A DNA stretch of 64,000 nucleotides from contig JAKPTX010000089.1 in NCBI GenBank assembly GCA_029570835.1, positions 34,637-98,636 on the forward strand, written 5' to 3'. How positions within the stretch are numbered: the first letter of the stretch is position 1; every line of letters starts with the position of its first letter. Below are positions 27,844-36,664 of this stretch, piece by piece. The notes below the pieces were generated by a model. That model did not search any database, was not told the DNA's origin, and saw only the letters and a program-made list of their open reading frames with translations. The DNA is from Bacteroidota bacterium. GTDB lineage: Bacteria > Bacteroidota > Bacteroidia > Bacteroidales > WCHB1-69. A program made the translations under genes and the position numbers.

Positions 27844-28815
27844 ATGAAAAGATTTTTATTTATTGCAGCATTGATTTTTTCATCATTGACTTTGTTGAGT
27901 CAAAGTTATGTTTCATTTTTTGCGGATACCAACAAATATAACATTTTGCATCCCATAACTTGGAAAGGAGATTTATCCTCTGATCGTTTTCCGGATTGTG
28001 TTTCCACATTCACGTACTGGGTTATAAAAACGAATCAACACACAATAAATGATAAAACTTATTATGTATCACGACCCGAGTTTGATGAAGATAATCTGAG
28101 GGCTTTTGATGAAGATATATTTATAAGGGAGGATACAACAGGTAAAATTTTTCGTTATTTTCCTTCGATAGAAGATGAAGTATTGATTTGTGATATGTCT
28201 TTAAATCAAGGAGATACATTTCAATTATATACTTTGGATAGTGAGTTTGGTACGGAGTACTACTTTACTGAACAAGGTTATAAACTTGTGGTTGATAGTG
28301 TAACTTATGAAAATGGGAGAAAAATTATTCATTTTCCTAATATTGATGAAAATATTACCTACACTTATTTCTATAATGGGTTGGATTGGGAATATAATGT
28401 CAGATTAAAATTTATTGAAGGTGTGGGTCCAACCTATGGTCCATTCGGCTTTGTAAGTGTGTCTTATGAACCCTTTTTGCCATTACTCCTATGTATTACT
28501 CGGGGTACTCAATTAGAATTTGTACTTCATGATAATCTTGGTTGTCACTATAATTATGTTGGTATAAACGATTATGAGTCTTTAAAAATCAAACTGTATC
28601 CCAACCCTTCCGATGGATTAATACATCTTGATTTGGATGAAAATTGCACAGATTGTTATGTAGAGGTATTTAATCTGTTGGGTGTTTCAGTCTATTCAAC
28701 AACAATTTCCGAAAGCATGACCATTGATTTGTCGAATAATCCGGCAGGAATCTATTTTTTGTCGCTCCGAAACAAAGAATCGGTGTTGGGGGTTAAGAAG
28801 GTGATAATCAAATGA
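27844..28815 (+). CDS. Secreted protein with T9SS type-A C-terminal sorting domain
   Basis: Signal peptide. C-terminal KLYPNPSDGLIHLDL...GIYFLSLRNKESVLGVKKVIIK is the Por/T9SS CTD signature. Confidence 0.7.
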   Translation: MKRFLFIAALIFSSLTLLSQSYVSFFADTNKYNILHPITWKGDLSSDRFPDCVSTFTYWVIKTNQHTINDKTYYVSRPEFDEDNLRAFDEDIFIREDTTGKIFRYFPSIEDEVLICDMSLNQGDTFQLYTLDSEFGTEYYFTEQGYKLVVDSVTYENGRKIIHFPNIDENITYTYFYNGLDWEYNVRLKFIEGVGPTYGPFGFVSVSYEPFLPLLLCITRGTQLEFVLHDNLGCHYNYVGINDYESLKIKLYPNPSDGLIHLDLDENCTDCYVEVFNLLGVSVYSTTISESMTIDLSNNPAGIYFLSLRNKESVLGVKKVIIK

Positions 28816-28845
28816 TTTCGGAGGGCGGATTGCGGATCAAAAAAA

Positions 28846-28894
28846 GTCGAAAGTCGAAAGTCGAAAGTCGAAAGTCGAAAGTCGGAAGGCGAAA
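28846..28894. repeat. Tandem heptamer array (GTCGAAA x5, GTCGGAA, GGCGAAA)
   Basis: Read directly. Seven contiguous 7-nt units. Confidence 0.9.
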
Positions 28895-28904
28895 GTTTTT
28901 TTAT

Positions 28905-28937
28905 AAATTGAAAATTGAAAATTGAAAATTGAAAATG
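28905..28937. repeat. Tandem heptamer array (AAATTGA x about 4.5)
   Basis: Read directly. Confidence 0.9.
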
Positions 28938-28958
28938 GTCAAATATCTAGCGTATCTC

Positions 28959-29120
28959 ATTGATATTCATATCAATAGCCATGTCCTTTAGGGCATGGTT
29001 GGGAATTAACCCCAAGATATCAAGGGCTTTAGCCCAAATTTATTATAATGTCACCCCTTCGGGGTTCTTTGGGCTCTTGGGGTCAATATTTTGCTATAAT
29101 AATGTCACCCCTTTGGGGTT
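28959..29120. other. Cluster of short hairpins with alternative long-range pairings (possible structured RNA or REP/BIME-like element)
   Basis: Hairpins: ATTGATAT/ATATCAAT 28959-28976; CCATGTCC-TTTA-GGGCATGG 28979-28998; TTGGG/CCCAA 28999-29015; GGGC-TTTA-GCCC 29024-29035; ACCCC/GGGGT 29053-29065 and 29107-29119. Long-range pairs: ACCCCAAG 29009-29016 with CTTGGGGT 29076-29083, and AGCCCAAA 29031-29038 with TTTGGGCT 29068-29075. Confidence 0.5.
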
Positions 29121-29125
29121 ATTTT

Positions 29126-29160
29126 GAAGTAAGAAGTGTGAAATTAGAAATATGAAATCT
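29126..29160. repeat. Degenerate heptamer array (GAAGTAA GAAGTGT GAAATTA GAAATAT GAAATCT)
   Basis: Read directly. Five 7-mers each start with GAA. Confidence 0.7.
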
Positions 29161-29193
29161 ATTTTAAAATGTAAATACCTGATATTCAAATAT

Positions 29194-29221
29194 TTCTAAA
29201 TTCTAAACTCTAAATTCTAAA
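29194..29221. repeat. Tandem heptamer array (TTCTAAA x4, one CTCTAAA)
   Basis: Read directly. Confidence 0.9.
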
Positions 29222-29228
29222 TTTATTC

Positions 29229-29290
29229 ATTCCGCCTTCCGCCTTCCGATTTCCGCCTTTAATTCTACCTTCTTCATTCTACCTTCTACC
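29229..29290. repeat. TTCCGCC/TTCTACC heptamer module, copy 1
   Basis: TTCCGCC TTCCGCC TTCCGAT TTCCGCC, then TTCTACC TTCTTCA TTCTACC TTCTACC. The 31-nt core ATTCCGCCTTCCGCCTTCCGATTTCCGCCTT is identical to 50005-50035. Confidence 0.9.
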
Positions 29291-29309
29291 TTGTAGCACC
29301 GAAATCTTT

Positions 29310-30119
29310 TTAGTTTTTCTTTTCTCTTTCGGCGTAAATTTCGTCGGTCATCATTTGTTTGAGGACTGAGGGGGAGATGTTTCTGGTGAGTTTTCCGCCT
29401 TTACACCAGGAGATGTGACCGGTTTGTTCTGAAACAATGACGGAGATGGCATCGGTATGGGTGGTTGCTCCGATGGCGGAACGGTGTCGTAAACCTAAGT
29501 CGGAAGGGATTGATTCATCCTCCGATACCGGCAAAATACATCGTGCAGCGGCGATGCGGTGGTTAGCAATAATAACAGCCCCATCGTGCAACGGTGAGTT
29601 TTTATAGAAGAGATTTTCTAACAATTCCTGGGATACCACAGCGTCAATCTCTTGTCCGGTAGCTAAAAACTCATCCAGTGGATTTTTTCGTGCAAACACC
29701 ATTAAAGCACCGGTTCTGCTTGCCGACATTCTTTCACAAGCACGTGTAATGGCCTCTACGTCTTCTGCATAATCTGCGGGAATGTTTTTCCCTTTGATGT
29801 AGAAACGTGCCCATTTCAAGACTTCAGTATTACCCAGATAGAGTAAAAATTTCCTCAATTCCGGCTGGAACACCACAATCAACAAAATCACCCCGACACT
29901 CAGAAACTGTTCGAGGATCACGTTCAGCATATTCAACTGCAAGAGAGAGACTGCTTTCCAAATCACAAAAAGGATCATCAATCCGATAAAAATTCTCACG
30001 GCAGCGGTTCCTTTCAGCCATTTGTAGAACTGAAAAAGAATAAACGCAACCAGAAGAATATCAATCAGGTCGGTGATTTTGAATTGAATAAAACTTAAAA
30101 CGTTCAAATAGAGAGTCAT
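29310..30119 (-). CDS. cdaA: Diadenylate cyclase CdaA (c-di-AMP synthase)
   Basis: Three N-terminal TM helices, then a DAC domain: TGALMVFARKNPL, SPLHDGAVII, LGLRHRSAIGATTHTDAISVIVSEQTGHIS. Confidence 0.88.
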   Translation of the reverse strand: MTLYLNVLSFIQFKITDLIDILLVAFILFQFYKWLKGTAAVRIFIGLMILFVIWKAVSLLQLNMLNVILEQFLSVGVILLIVVFQPELRKFLLYLGNTEVLKWARFYIKGKNIPADYAEDVEAITRACERMSASRTGALMVFARKNPLDEFLATGQEIDAVVSQELLENLFYKNSPLHDGAVIIANHRIAAARCILPVSEDESIPSDLGLRHRSAIGATTHTDAISVIVSEQTGHISWCKGGKLTRNISPSVLKQMMTDEIYAEREKKN

Positions 30120-30140
30120 TGCAGTTTCCTAAAACGGCTG

Positions 30141-30148
30141 CAAAAGTA
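30141..30148 (-). promoter_or_regulatory. Bacteroidota -7 promoter box (TActTTTG on minus strand)
   Basis: rc of CAAAAGTA, 22 nt upstream of the cdaA start. Confidence 0.5.
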
Positions 30149-30159
30149 CAAAAAAAGAT

Positions 30160-30744
30160 TTAATTTTTAGTTGCAGCGTGGTAACATTTCCGACAAAGTG
30201 GTTCGTATGCTTCTGTTTCTCCCAGTAGAATCTGTTTGTCGTTTTCAATAGTTCTGAAAGAGAAAGAAGCCAGGTTGCCGCATCGAACGCAGATGGCGTG
30301 CACTTTGGTAACATATTCGGCAATCGCCATCAGTCCGGGCATGGGTCCGAAGGGTCTGCCGAGAAAGTCCATATCGAGACCGGAGAGAATGACACGAACT
30401 CCCTGATTCGCCAGGGTGCGACACACTTCAATCAGTCCATCATCAAAAAATTGAGCCTCATCAATACCTACGACATCCACATCTTCGCTGTTGACATAGA
30501 GCAGAATTTCAGCGGAATTGACTACAGGTGTTGCCTCTTCCGCTTTTTTATCGTGGGAAACCATCTCCGAATCTGCATAACGTGTATCGATACTGGGTTT
30601 AAAAAGCTCCACTTTTTGTTTTGCAAAACGAGCTCTTTTAATGCGTCTAATCAGCTCTTCCGTTTTTCCGGAAAACATGGAACCGGTGATCACTTCAATC
30701 CACCCTTGCTTTAGTTTTTTATCGGCTTTATTTTCAAGAAACAT
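30160..30744 (-). CDS. tdk: Thymidine kinase
   Basis: [18 protein letters not shown]-loop. C-terminal zinc ribbon CVRCG...CRKCY. Confidence 0.92.
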   Translation of the reverse strand: MFLENKADKKLKQGWIEVITGSMFSGKTEELIRRIKRARFAKQKVELFKPSIDTRYADSEMVSHDKKAEEATPVVNSAEILLYVNSEDVDVVGIDEAQFFDDGLIEVCRTLANQGVRVILSGLDMDFLGRPFGPMPGLMAIAEYVTKVHAICVRCGNLASFSFRTIENDKQILLGETEAYEPLCRKCYHAATKN

Positions 30745-30770
30745 CTGTAATATAAATGATATTTTTTTTG

Positions 30771-30778
30771 TATTTTTG
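30771..30778 (+). promoter_or_regulatory. Bacteroidota -7 promoter box (TAttTTTG)
   Basis: Upstream of the 30835 (TTG) and 30874 (ATG) candidate starts. Confidence 0.4.
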
Positions 30779-30873
30779 ACGTTTGATTATGAAAGAACAA
30801 AATTACATTTTTTTTTGATATCTTTTTTTAATAATTGATAAAAATTCAAACCATTAAAAATTGTCGGTTCATT

Positions 30874-31971
30874 ATGGAAAAACCTACCCGTTTAATTGCA
30901 AAAGTTATTGAAACACTGAATGTTATCAATAATGCTGATGTTCCCTACACTCCTATTGAGAAGGAGATCATTTTGCATCATGTTCGTGCAGCCTATATTC
31001 AATTGATCAATACTCCGGTCTCAGATGAGCTTCCCAATGAGGTCAGATTTTCGTTGGATGCGGAACCGAATGTGGCGTCTCAGCAGTTGGAGCAAGAGTT
31101 CAAAGCACAGATTGAGTCGTTAACCAAACAGTTGGAAGAATTGCAGCAAGCAGGTACTGCTTCTCAGAATGAGGTTGTAGATTTGCGTAATCAGTTAGAA
31201 ATAAAAAATGAGGGGGAGAAAAGTCTCACCACTCAACTTCAGCAGTTGCAATCGGAAGTGAATCGCTCCAAGGAAGAGCATCAGCAGATGATGGATGCAC
31301 TACAGCAGAAGAATGACACTATTTCGCAACTGCAAACCGAAATAGAGAGTTTGAAAAAAGAAGCGGCTGCTGCTTCAGAACAGGTGAGCGAGCAGGTGTC
31401 CCCAGAGCGGGAGGAAATGCGGGAGGATCCCCCCCAAATTATTGAAATCCAAAAAGAAACAGAAAAACCTACTGCTACTGAAACTCCCAAAGAGGAAACA
31501 AAAGAGGTGGCACCACAACCACAACCCGGCTTACAGACAGATCTTTTCATGGAAGATGATATTGTGGAGTTTATTCGTCAGGATGATCCGAAAGAAACGC
31601 AACCTGCGGCTCCGAAACCTCATACTATTCCCTATTTTGAACAGAAAGAGGAACCTAAAAAAGAGAAAAGATCGTTGCATGATCTGCTTTCCGATAAGAA
31701 AGAGGATAACTCAGTGGTGACTCATTTTCAACAGTCCAAAATTCATGATTTGACCAAAGCAATTACGATTAATGATAAGTTCTTATTTATCAAGGAGTTA
31801 TTTAAAGGAAAAGGAGAGGAGTTCAGCAGTGCAATCCAGAAAATCAACAATAGCAGCAATATGGATGAAGCGTTTGGACATATCGATGAGATGAAAAATT
31901 ATTATTTCTGGGATACGACAGCGCCTGCTTATTTAACATTTTGTGACTTGGTAAGAAGAAAATTTATATAA
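30874..31971 (+). CDS. Hypothetical protein with central coiled-coil and Glu/Pro/Lys-rich linker
   Basis: Heptad-rich QQLEQEFKAQIESLTKQLEELQQ... region, an acidic/proline linker, and a conserved-looking C-terminal about 90-aa domain. No motif recognised. The ATG at 30874 is preferred over the TTG at 30835. Confidence 0.5.
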   Translation: MEKPTRLIAKVIETLNVINNADVPYTPIEKEIILHHVRAAYIQLINTPVSDELPNEVRFSLDAEPNVASQQLEQEFKAQIESLTKQLEELQQAGTASQNEVVDLRNQLEIKNEGEKSLTTQLQQLQSEVNRSKEEHQQMMDALQQKNDTISQLQTEIESLKKEAAAASEQVSEQVSPEREEMREDPPQIIEIQKETEKPTATETPKEETKEVAPQPQPGLQTDLFMEDDIVEFIRQDDPKETQPAAPKPHTIPYFEQKEEPKKEKRSLHDLLSDKKEDNSVVTHFQQSKIHDLTKAITINDKFLFIKELFKGKGEEFSSAIQKINNSSNMDEAFGHIDEMKNYYFWDTTAPAYLTFCDLVRRKFI

Positions 31972-32006
31972 ATATTTATTAAAAATTATAAAAAGATTAT
32001 TTAATT

Positions 32007-33209
32007 ATGAATAAAAAATTATTATTACTCCTTTTATCAGGGATTATTTTGTTTTCATTTCAACCTCTGTTTGCTCAGGAAGAAGGGGAAGGTTATATTT
32101 TCACAACTCAGAAATCGATTCCGGTTACTTCGGTTAAGGATCAAAACCGATCCGGTACCTGCTGGAGTTTTTCCGGTTTGGGCTTTTTGGAAGCTGAATT
32201 GATACGAATGGGTAAGGGAGAGTATGACTTGTCGGAGATGTTTATTGTCAACAGAACTTATTTACACAAAGCAGATATTTACGTTAGAATGCACGGAAAT
32301 TTTAATTTTGGTGGCGGTGGTGCCTTTTTTGATGTATTCAATATGATCAAAATGTATGGTATTGTTCCGGAATCTGCTTATACCGGTTTGTTTGATGAGG
32401 AAGCCGGACACGTACATGGTGAGTTGGATGCATTAACCAAAGCGTATGTGGATGTGATTGTAAAAAATCCTCAAAAGAAACTTTCTCCACAATGGAGAAA
32501 AGGATTTGAAGCAGTTGTAAACACCTATTTGGGTGAAATTCCATCCGAATTTGAGTATGAAGGCAAAAAATATACACCGGAATCTTTTAGAAAAGAGTTG
32601 GGTTTGAACATGGATGATTATATCAGTATCACCTCCTTCACACACCATCCTTTTTACACCAAATTTGCGATTGAGATTCCTGACAATTGGGCATTGGAAC
32701 AATCCTACAATGTACCTTTGGAGGAGATGATGATCATTATGGAAAATGCAATCAACAACGGATATACTATTGCCTGGGGTGCCGATGTGAGTCACAAAGG
32801 ATTTAACTGGAGAAAAGGGGTTGCCATTATTCCGGAAAAAGATTTTACTTCTACATCAGGATCAGATCGTGCAAGATGGGAAAATTTATCTCAAAATGAG
32901 AGAGATAAAGAGCTTTACACATTTGATAAACCCGGTAAAGAGCAAGAGATTACTCAAGAGATGAGACAGATCGCTTTTGATAATTATACCACTACTGATG
33001 ATCATGGTATGGTTTTAACCGGTATTGCGACAGATCAAGTCGGGAATAAATATTTTATCGTAAAAAATTCATGGGGATTGAAATCGAGCAATCCTTACGA
33101 AGGTTATTTTTATGCTTCTTTCCCATTTGTTGAAATGCAAACCATTAACATTATAGTTCATAAAGATGCGATACCTAAGGATATTCGTAAAAAATTAAAT
33201 ATTAAATAA
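32007..33209 (+). CDS. pepC: C1-family cysteine aminopeptidase (aminopeptidase C / bleomycin hydrolase-like)
   Basis: Signal peptide. Catalytic [11 protein letters not shown], downstream DDHGMVLTG and KNSWG. Confidence 0.8.
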   Translation: MNKKLLLLLLSGIILFSFQPLFAQEEGEGYIFTTQKSIPVTSVKDQNRSGTCWSFSGLGFLEAELIRMGKGEYDLSEMFIVNRTYLHKADIYVRMHGNFNFGGGGAFFDVFNMIKMYGIVPESAYTGLFDEEAGHVHGELDALTKAYVDVIVKNPQKKLSPQWRKGFEAVVNTYLGEIPSEFEYEGKKYTPESFRKELGLNMDDYISITSFTHHPFYTKFAIEIPDNWALEQSYNVPLEEMMIIMENAINNGYTIAWGADVSHKGFNWRKGVAIIPEKDFTSTSGSDRARWENLSQNERDKELYTFDKPGKEQEITQEMRQIAFDNYTTTDDHGMVLTGIATDQVGNKYFIVKNSWGLKSSNPYEGYFYASFPFVEMQTINIIVHKDAIPKDIRKKLNIK

Positions 33210-33232
33210 CACTAAAAATTAAGACAAGAAAG

Positions 33233-34447
33233 ATGAAAAAACAACTTATAGATCGTTTTACAAAATATATCTCCTTTGACACAAAGGCAGATCCTACTTC
33301 AGAAACATATCCTTCTACTCATGGACAGTTGGTTTTCGGAGATTATCTCGTTGAAGAATTAAAACAAATCGGTTTGCAAGAGGTTCGCAAAGATGAACAT
33401 GGTTATGTAACCGCTTTGCTTCCAGCGAATTGTGATGAGAAAGCGCCAACGATTGGCTTTTTGGCTCACATGGATACAGCTCCCGATATGCCGGGGATTG
33501 CGAAACCGGTAATTATTGAAAATTATGATGGAAAAGATATTCTACTCGATAAGGAGAGCAATACGGTTTTATCGGTAGAAGATTTTCCGGAATTGCTTGA
33601 TTATGTAGGACAAACCCTGCTGACTACCGATGGCAAAACATTGTTGGGAGCAGATGACAAAGCGGGTATTGCGGAAATCGTAACTGCGATGGAGTATCTG
33701 GTGAAGCATCCGGAGATTAAGCATGGACCAATCAAGGTAGGTTTTACCTTAGATGAAGAGATTGGAAAGGGAGTGATCCATTTTGATGTTGCTTCCTTTG
33801 GTGCTGACTTTGCTTATACCATGGATGGCGGTGGAATTGGAGAGTTGGAGTTTGAAAACTTCAATGCTGCGGGAGCCAAGGTGTTTTTCCAGGGCAGAAA
33901 TGTTCACCCCGGTTATGCTAAGAATAAAATGGTGAATGCACAGCTTTTGGCGATGGAGTTCAACGCATTACTTCCTGAATTTGAGAGACCTCAATACACT
34001 CAGGATTATGAAGGATTTTACTTGTTGATTAGTATGAAGGGAGAAGTGGAAGAGGCTGAATTACAATATATTATCAGAGATCATGATCAAACGCTTTTTG
34101 AAAATAAAAAGCAGTATATGATTGATGTGATGAAGTTTATGAATAAAAAATATGGCGAGGGAAGAGTGAGAGTGGAGATCAAAGATCAATACTTTAACAT
34201 GAGAAAAATGGTTGAGCCTGTGTATCATATTGTGGAAAGAGCCGAAAAAGCGATGGTTGATGCAGGCGTGAAGCCAATTGTAAAACCGATCAGAGGAGGT
34301 ACAGACGGAGCCAACCTTTCTTTCAAAGGATTGCCTTGTCCCAACATCTTTGCCGGAGGACACAATTTCCACGGGAAATATGAGTTTATTCCTGTAGAAT
34401 CAATGGTGAAGGCGGTAGAAGTGATTGTCAATATTGTTAAAATCTAA
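33233..34447 (+). CDS. pepT: Peptidase T (tripeptide aminopeptidase, M20B)
   Basis: LLDRF-type N-terminus ([13 protein letters not shown]), [27 protein letters not shown]. Confidence 0.9.
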   Translation: MKKQLIDRFTKYISFDTKADPTSETYPSTHGQLVFGDYLVEELKQIGLQEVRKDEHGYVTALLPANCDEKAPTIGFLAHMDTAPDMPGIAKPVIIENYDGKDILLDKESNTVLSVEDFPELLDYVGQTLLTTDGKTLLGADDKAGIAEIVTAMEYLVKHPEIKHGPIKVGFTLDEEIGKGVIHFDVASFGADFAYTMDGGGIGELEFENFNAAGAKVFFQGRNVHPGYAKNKMVNAQLLAMEFNALLPEFERPQYTQDYEGFYLLISMKGEVEEAELQYIIRDHDQTLFENKKQYMIDVMKFMNKKYGEGRVRVEIKDQYFNMRKMVEPVYHIVERAEKAMVDAGVKPIVKPIRGGTDGANLSFKGLPCPNIFAGGHNFHGKYEFIPVESMVKAVEVIVNIVKI

Positions 34448-34462
34448 GAGATTATTGCACTA

Positions 34463-35059
34463 ATGCGGCAAATAAAAGTTCTGTTTTTGGGAGTTTGCAT
34501 TGCTCTCCTTGCTGTTTCTTGTGTTAAGAAAGGGGATTCTAATTCTGCTAAACCTAAGGGTTACTTCAGGATTGAGATTCCGGAACCTCAATATAAGCTT
34601 TTTGATTCTGTAATCCCGTTTCAATTTGAGAAAAATGAACTGGCGGAGCTGAAAATCAGTAAAAAAGAACAGGATAATATGTGGATTGACGTAGATTATC
34701 CCTCGTTGAATGCCACTTTTAAGATGACCTCAATCAGGTTACATAATAATCTGCGTGATTTGATGTACAATGAGGATAAGATGTTGATGTTTCATGTGGA
34801 GAATCGTAAAGCGGATGATATTCAATATTCAGTCATTGAGGATCCCAATGCAAGATTATTTGGCTATATCTATGATATTGAGGGAAAAGGAGCAGCCACG
34901 CCACTCAGATTTTGGGTTACTGACAGCACCTCCCATTTTGTCAGAGGATCACTCTATTTCAACTTTGTTCCCAACAATGACTCTTTACAGCCCGTAATCC
35001 AATATTTAAGAAATGATCTTTTACAAATGATTGAAACCTGGAAATGGAACAAAAAATAA
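34463..35059 (+). CDS. gldD: Gliding-motility lipoprotein GldD
   Basis: Lipobox LLAVSC followed by KPKGYFRIEIPEP. About 190 aa, matching the GldD family as I recall it. Adjacent to a GldB-like gene. Confidence 0.65.
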   Translation: MRQIKVLFLGVCIALLAVSCVKKGDSNSAKPKGYFRIEIPEPQYKLFDSVIPFQFEKNELAELKISKKEQDNMWIDVDYPSLNATFKMTSIRLHNNLRDLMYNEDKMLMFHVENRKADDIQYSVIEDPNARLFGYIYDIEGKGAATPLRFWVTDSTSHFVRGSLYFNFVPNNDSLQPVIQYLRNDLLQMIETWKWNKK

Positions 35060-36111
35060 AAAACAGAAAAAGGTGGTATTGGATAGGGGCTGCTCTATTA
35101 CTTGTTGGAATTGTAATAGGAGTAGTGTATCTCTTTTCTCCCCAATCAACGTCACCCAATATGGTGACGGAAAGGGAGGCAAAAAAGGTTGAAAAGCAGA
35201 TTTCTGTGGCGATTTTACGTTATGAACAGGATCTTTTCGGGATTGACTTCAATCATTTTGATGAGGAGATAACGAAGTTAACAGAAAAATATCCTCCTTA
35301 TCTGATAGATAAAAAATATGCTCAGGATCCGGAAGTAAAAAAAATGTTACAAGGTTATCTTGATGACCGTTTTATCAAAGATTTGTATTCTAAATCTCAA
35401 GCTTTGTTTGCTAATATTGAGCCTTTGAAAGAGGAGTTAAAACAAGCGTTTTCGTACTACTTAAACTATTTTCCAAAAGATTCTGTTCCAACCATGATCA
35501 CTATTGTACCGGGTTTGGATCTTCAGATGCCCTCAGTTTATTTTTTTGATCAAATTTTGTACATTAATCTGGATCAATATTTGGGTACCGGATACTCTTA
35601 TTACGCGAAAATGGGTATTCCAAAATATATAACTGAACGGATGGAAGCAAAATATATTCCTGTAGATATTTTTAAAAAAGCAATTGTTTATCGGCATCTT
35701 CCGGATAAAGAGTTGGTTACATTATTGGATTGGATGATTCAAGAGGGAAAAAAGCTCTATTTTACAGAGATGATGTTACCCCAACTTCCTAAAAATTTAA
35801 TTATTGGTTATACCGAAGAAAAATTTAAGTGGGCGGAAACCTACTATCCCAATGTGTGGGGTCATTTGATAGAAAAAAATCAGATTTTTTCTAAAAGTGA
35901 TGATGTGGTGCGGAATATGATAGAGGAATCTCCTTTTACCAAGCCATTTGGAAATGTTTCTCCCGGAAGGATGGGACAGTTTATTGGATGGAAAATCGTG
36001 AAAGAGTTCATGAAAAACAATCCCGAAGTAACACTTGAACAATTAATGAAAATGGAAAATGCTCAAAATATACTAGACAGATCAACATTTAAGCCAATTA
36101 TAAAAAAATAA
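35044..36111 (+). CDS. gldB: GldB-family gliding-motility-associated protein (membrane-anchored variant)
   Basis: RYEQDLF near the N-terminus and VSPGRMGQFIGWKIVKEFMKNNP...FKP at the C-terminus match my recollection of GldB. It has an N-terminal TM helix rather than a lipobox Cys. Confidence 0.55.
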   Translation: MEQKIKNRKRWYWIGAALLLVGIVIGVVYLFSPQSTSPNMVTEREAKKVEKQISVAILRYEQDLFGIDFNHFDEEITKLTEKYPPYLIDKKYAQDPEVKKMLQGYLDDRFIKDLYSKSQALFANIEPLKEELKQAFSYYLNYFPKDSVPTMITIVPGLDLQMPSVYFFDQILYINLDQYLGTGYSYYAKMGIPKYITERMEAKYIPVDIFKKAIVYRHLPDKELVTLLDWMIQEGKKLYFTEMMLPQLPKNLIIGYTEEKFKWAETYYPNVWGHLIEKNQIFSKSDDVVRNMIEESPFTKPFGNVSPGRMGQFIGWKIVKEFMKNNPEVTLEQLMKMENAQNILDRSTFKPIIKK

Positions 36112-36143
36112 AAAATTTATTTGGCTATTTGAAAATTTTATTC

Positions 36144-36151
36144 TATCTTTG
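36144..36151 (+). promoter_or_regulatory. Bacteroidota -7 promoter box (TAtcTTTG)
   Basis: 24 nt upstream of the ssb ATG. Confidence 0.55.
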
Positions 36152-36174
36152 CTGTGTACTAAAAACTAACTACT

Positions 36175-36612
36175 ATGTCTGGAATTAACAAAGTAATTTT
36201 GATTGGCCGACTCGGAAGAGATCCTGAAGTCAGAGCCTTCGAAGGAGGATTGAAGAAAGCTTCCTTCTCATTAGCAACCTCTGAAGTGTATAAAGACAAG
36301 GAGGGGAACAAAGTGGAACACACAGAGTGGCACTACATTGTGTGTTGGCGTTTTTTAGCAGAGATTGCTGAAAAATATCTAACCAAGGGAAAACAGATCT
36401 ATCTCGAAGGGAGATTAAGAACACGTTCTTGGGAAGATAATGGAATTAAGAAGTATACAACTGAGATTGAGGCGACTACTTTTACGATGTTGGGGAGTAA
36501 GGATGATGGGGATAATAAACCAACAGCGGAAAAAGTGATTCAGGCACCTCAAGCGGAAGCGGGGCCCGTCAGTACGGAAACGGATTTCGTATCGGACGAT
36601 TTGCCCTTTTAA
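36175..36612 (+). CDS. ssb: Single-stranded DNA-binding protein
   Basis: MSGINKVILIGRLGRDPEVR OB-fold start. Acidic tail ending DDLPF. Confidence 0.93.
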   Translation: MSGINKVILIGRLGRDPEVRAFEGGLKKASFSLATSEVYKDKEGNKVEHTEWHYIVCWRFLAEIAEKYLTKGKQIYLEGRLRTRSWEDNGIKKYTTEIEATTFTMLGSKDDGDNKPTAEKVIQAPQAEAGPVSTETDFVSDDLPF

Positions 36613-36620
36613 TAAAATCA

Positions 36621-36651
36621 AAAAGAGGAGGTCAAACTCCTCTTTTTTTTT
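36621..36651 (+). terminator. Rho-independent terminator after ssb
   Basis: AAAAGAGGAG-GTCAAA-CTCCTCTTTT followed by a T-run. Confidence 0.75.
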
Positions 36652-36664
36652 GTAATGTTTTAAT

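Noticed and set aside
28936-28992. An 18-codon micro-ORF (MVKYLAYLIDIHINSHVL) inside the heptamer/hairpin island.
   Set aside because: It has no promoter or ribosome-binding context, it overlaps the palindromes, and such short ORFs are expected by chance.
29045-29120. Two copies of a 22-nt hairpin-containing repeat (ATAATGTCACCCCTT[C/T]GGGGTT) spaced 54 nt apart. I considered a mini-CRISPR array.
   Set aside because: There are only two copies, no third repeat at the same period, no cas genes anywhere in the window, and the unique segment between them is itself part of the palindrome network. It fits better as part of the hairpin/repeat island.
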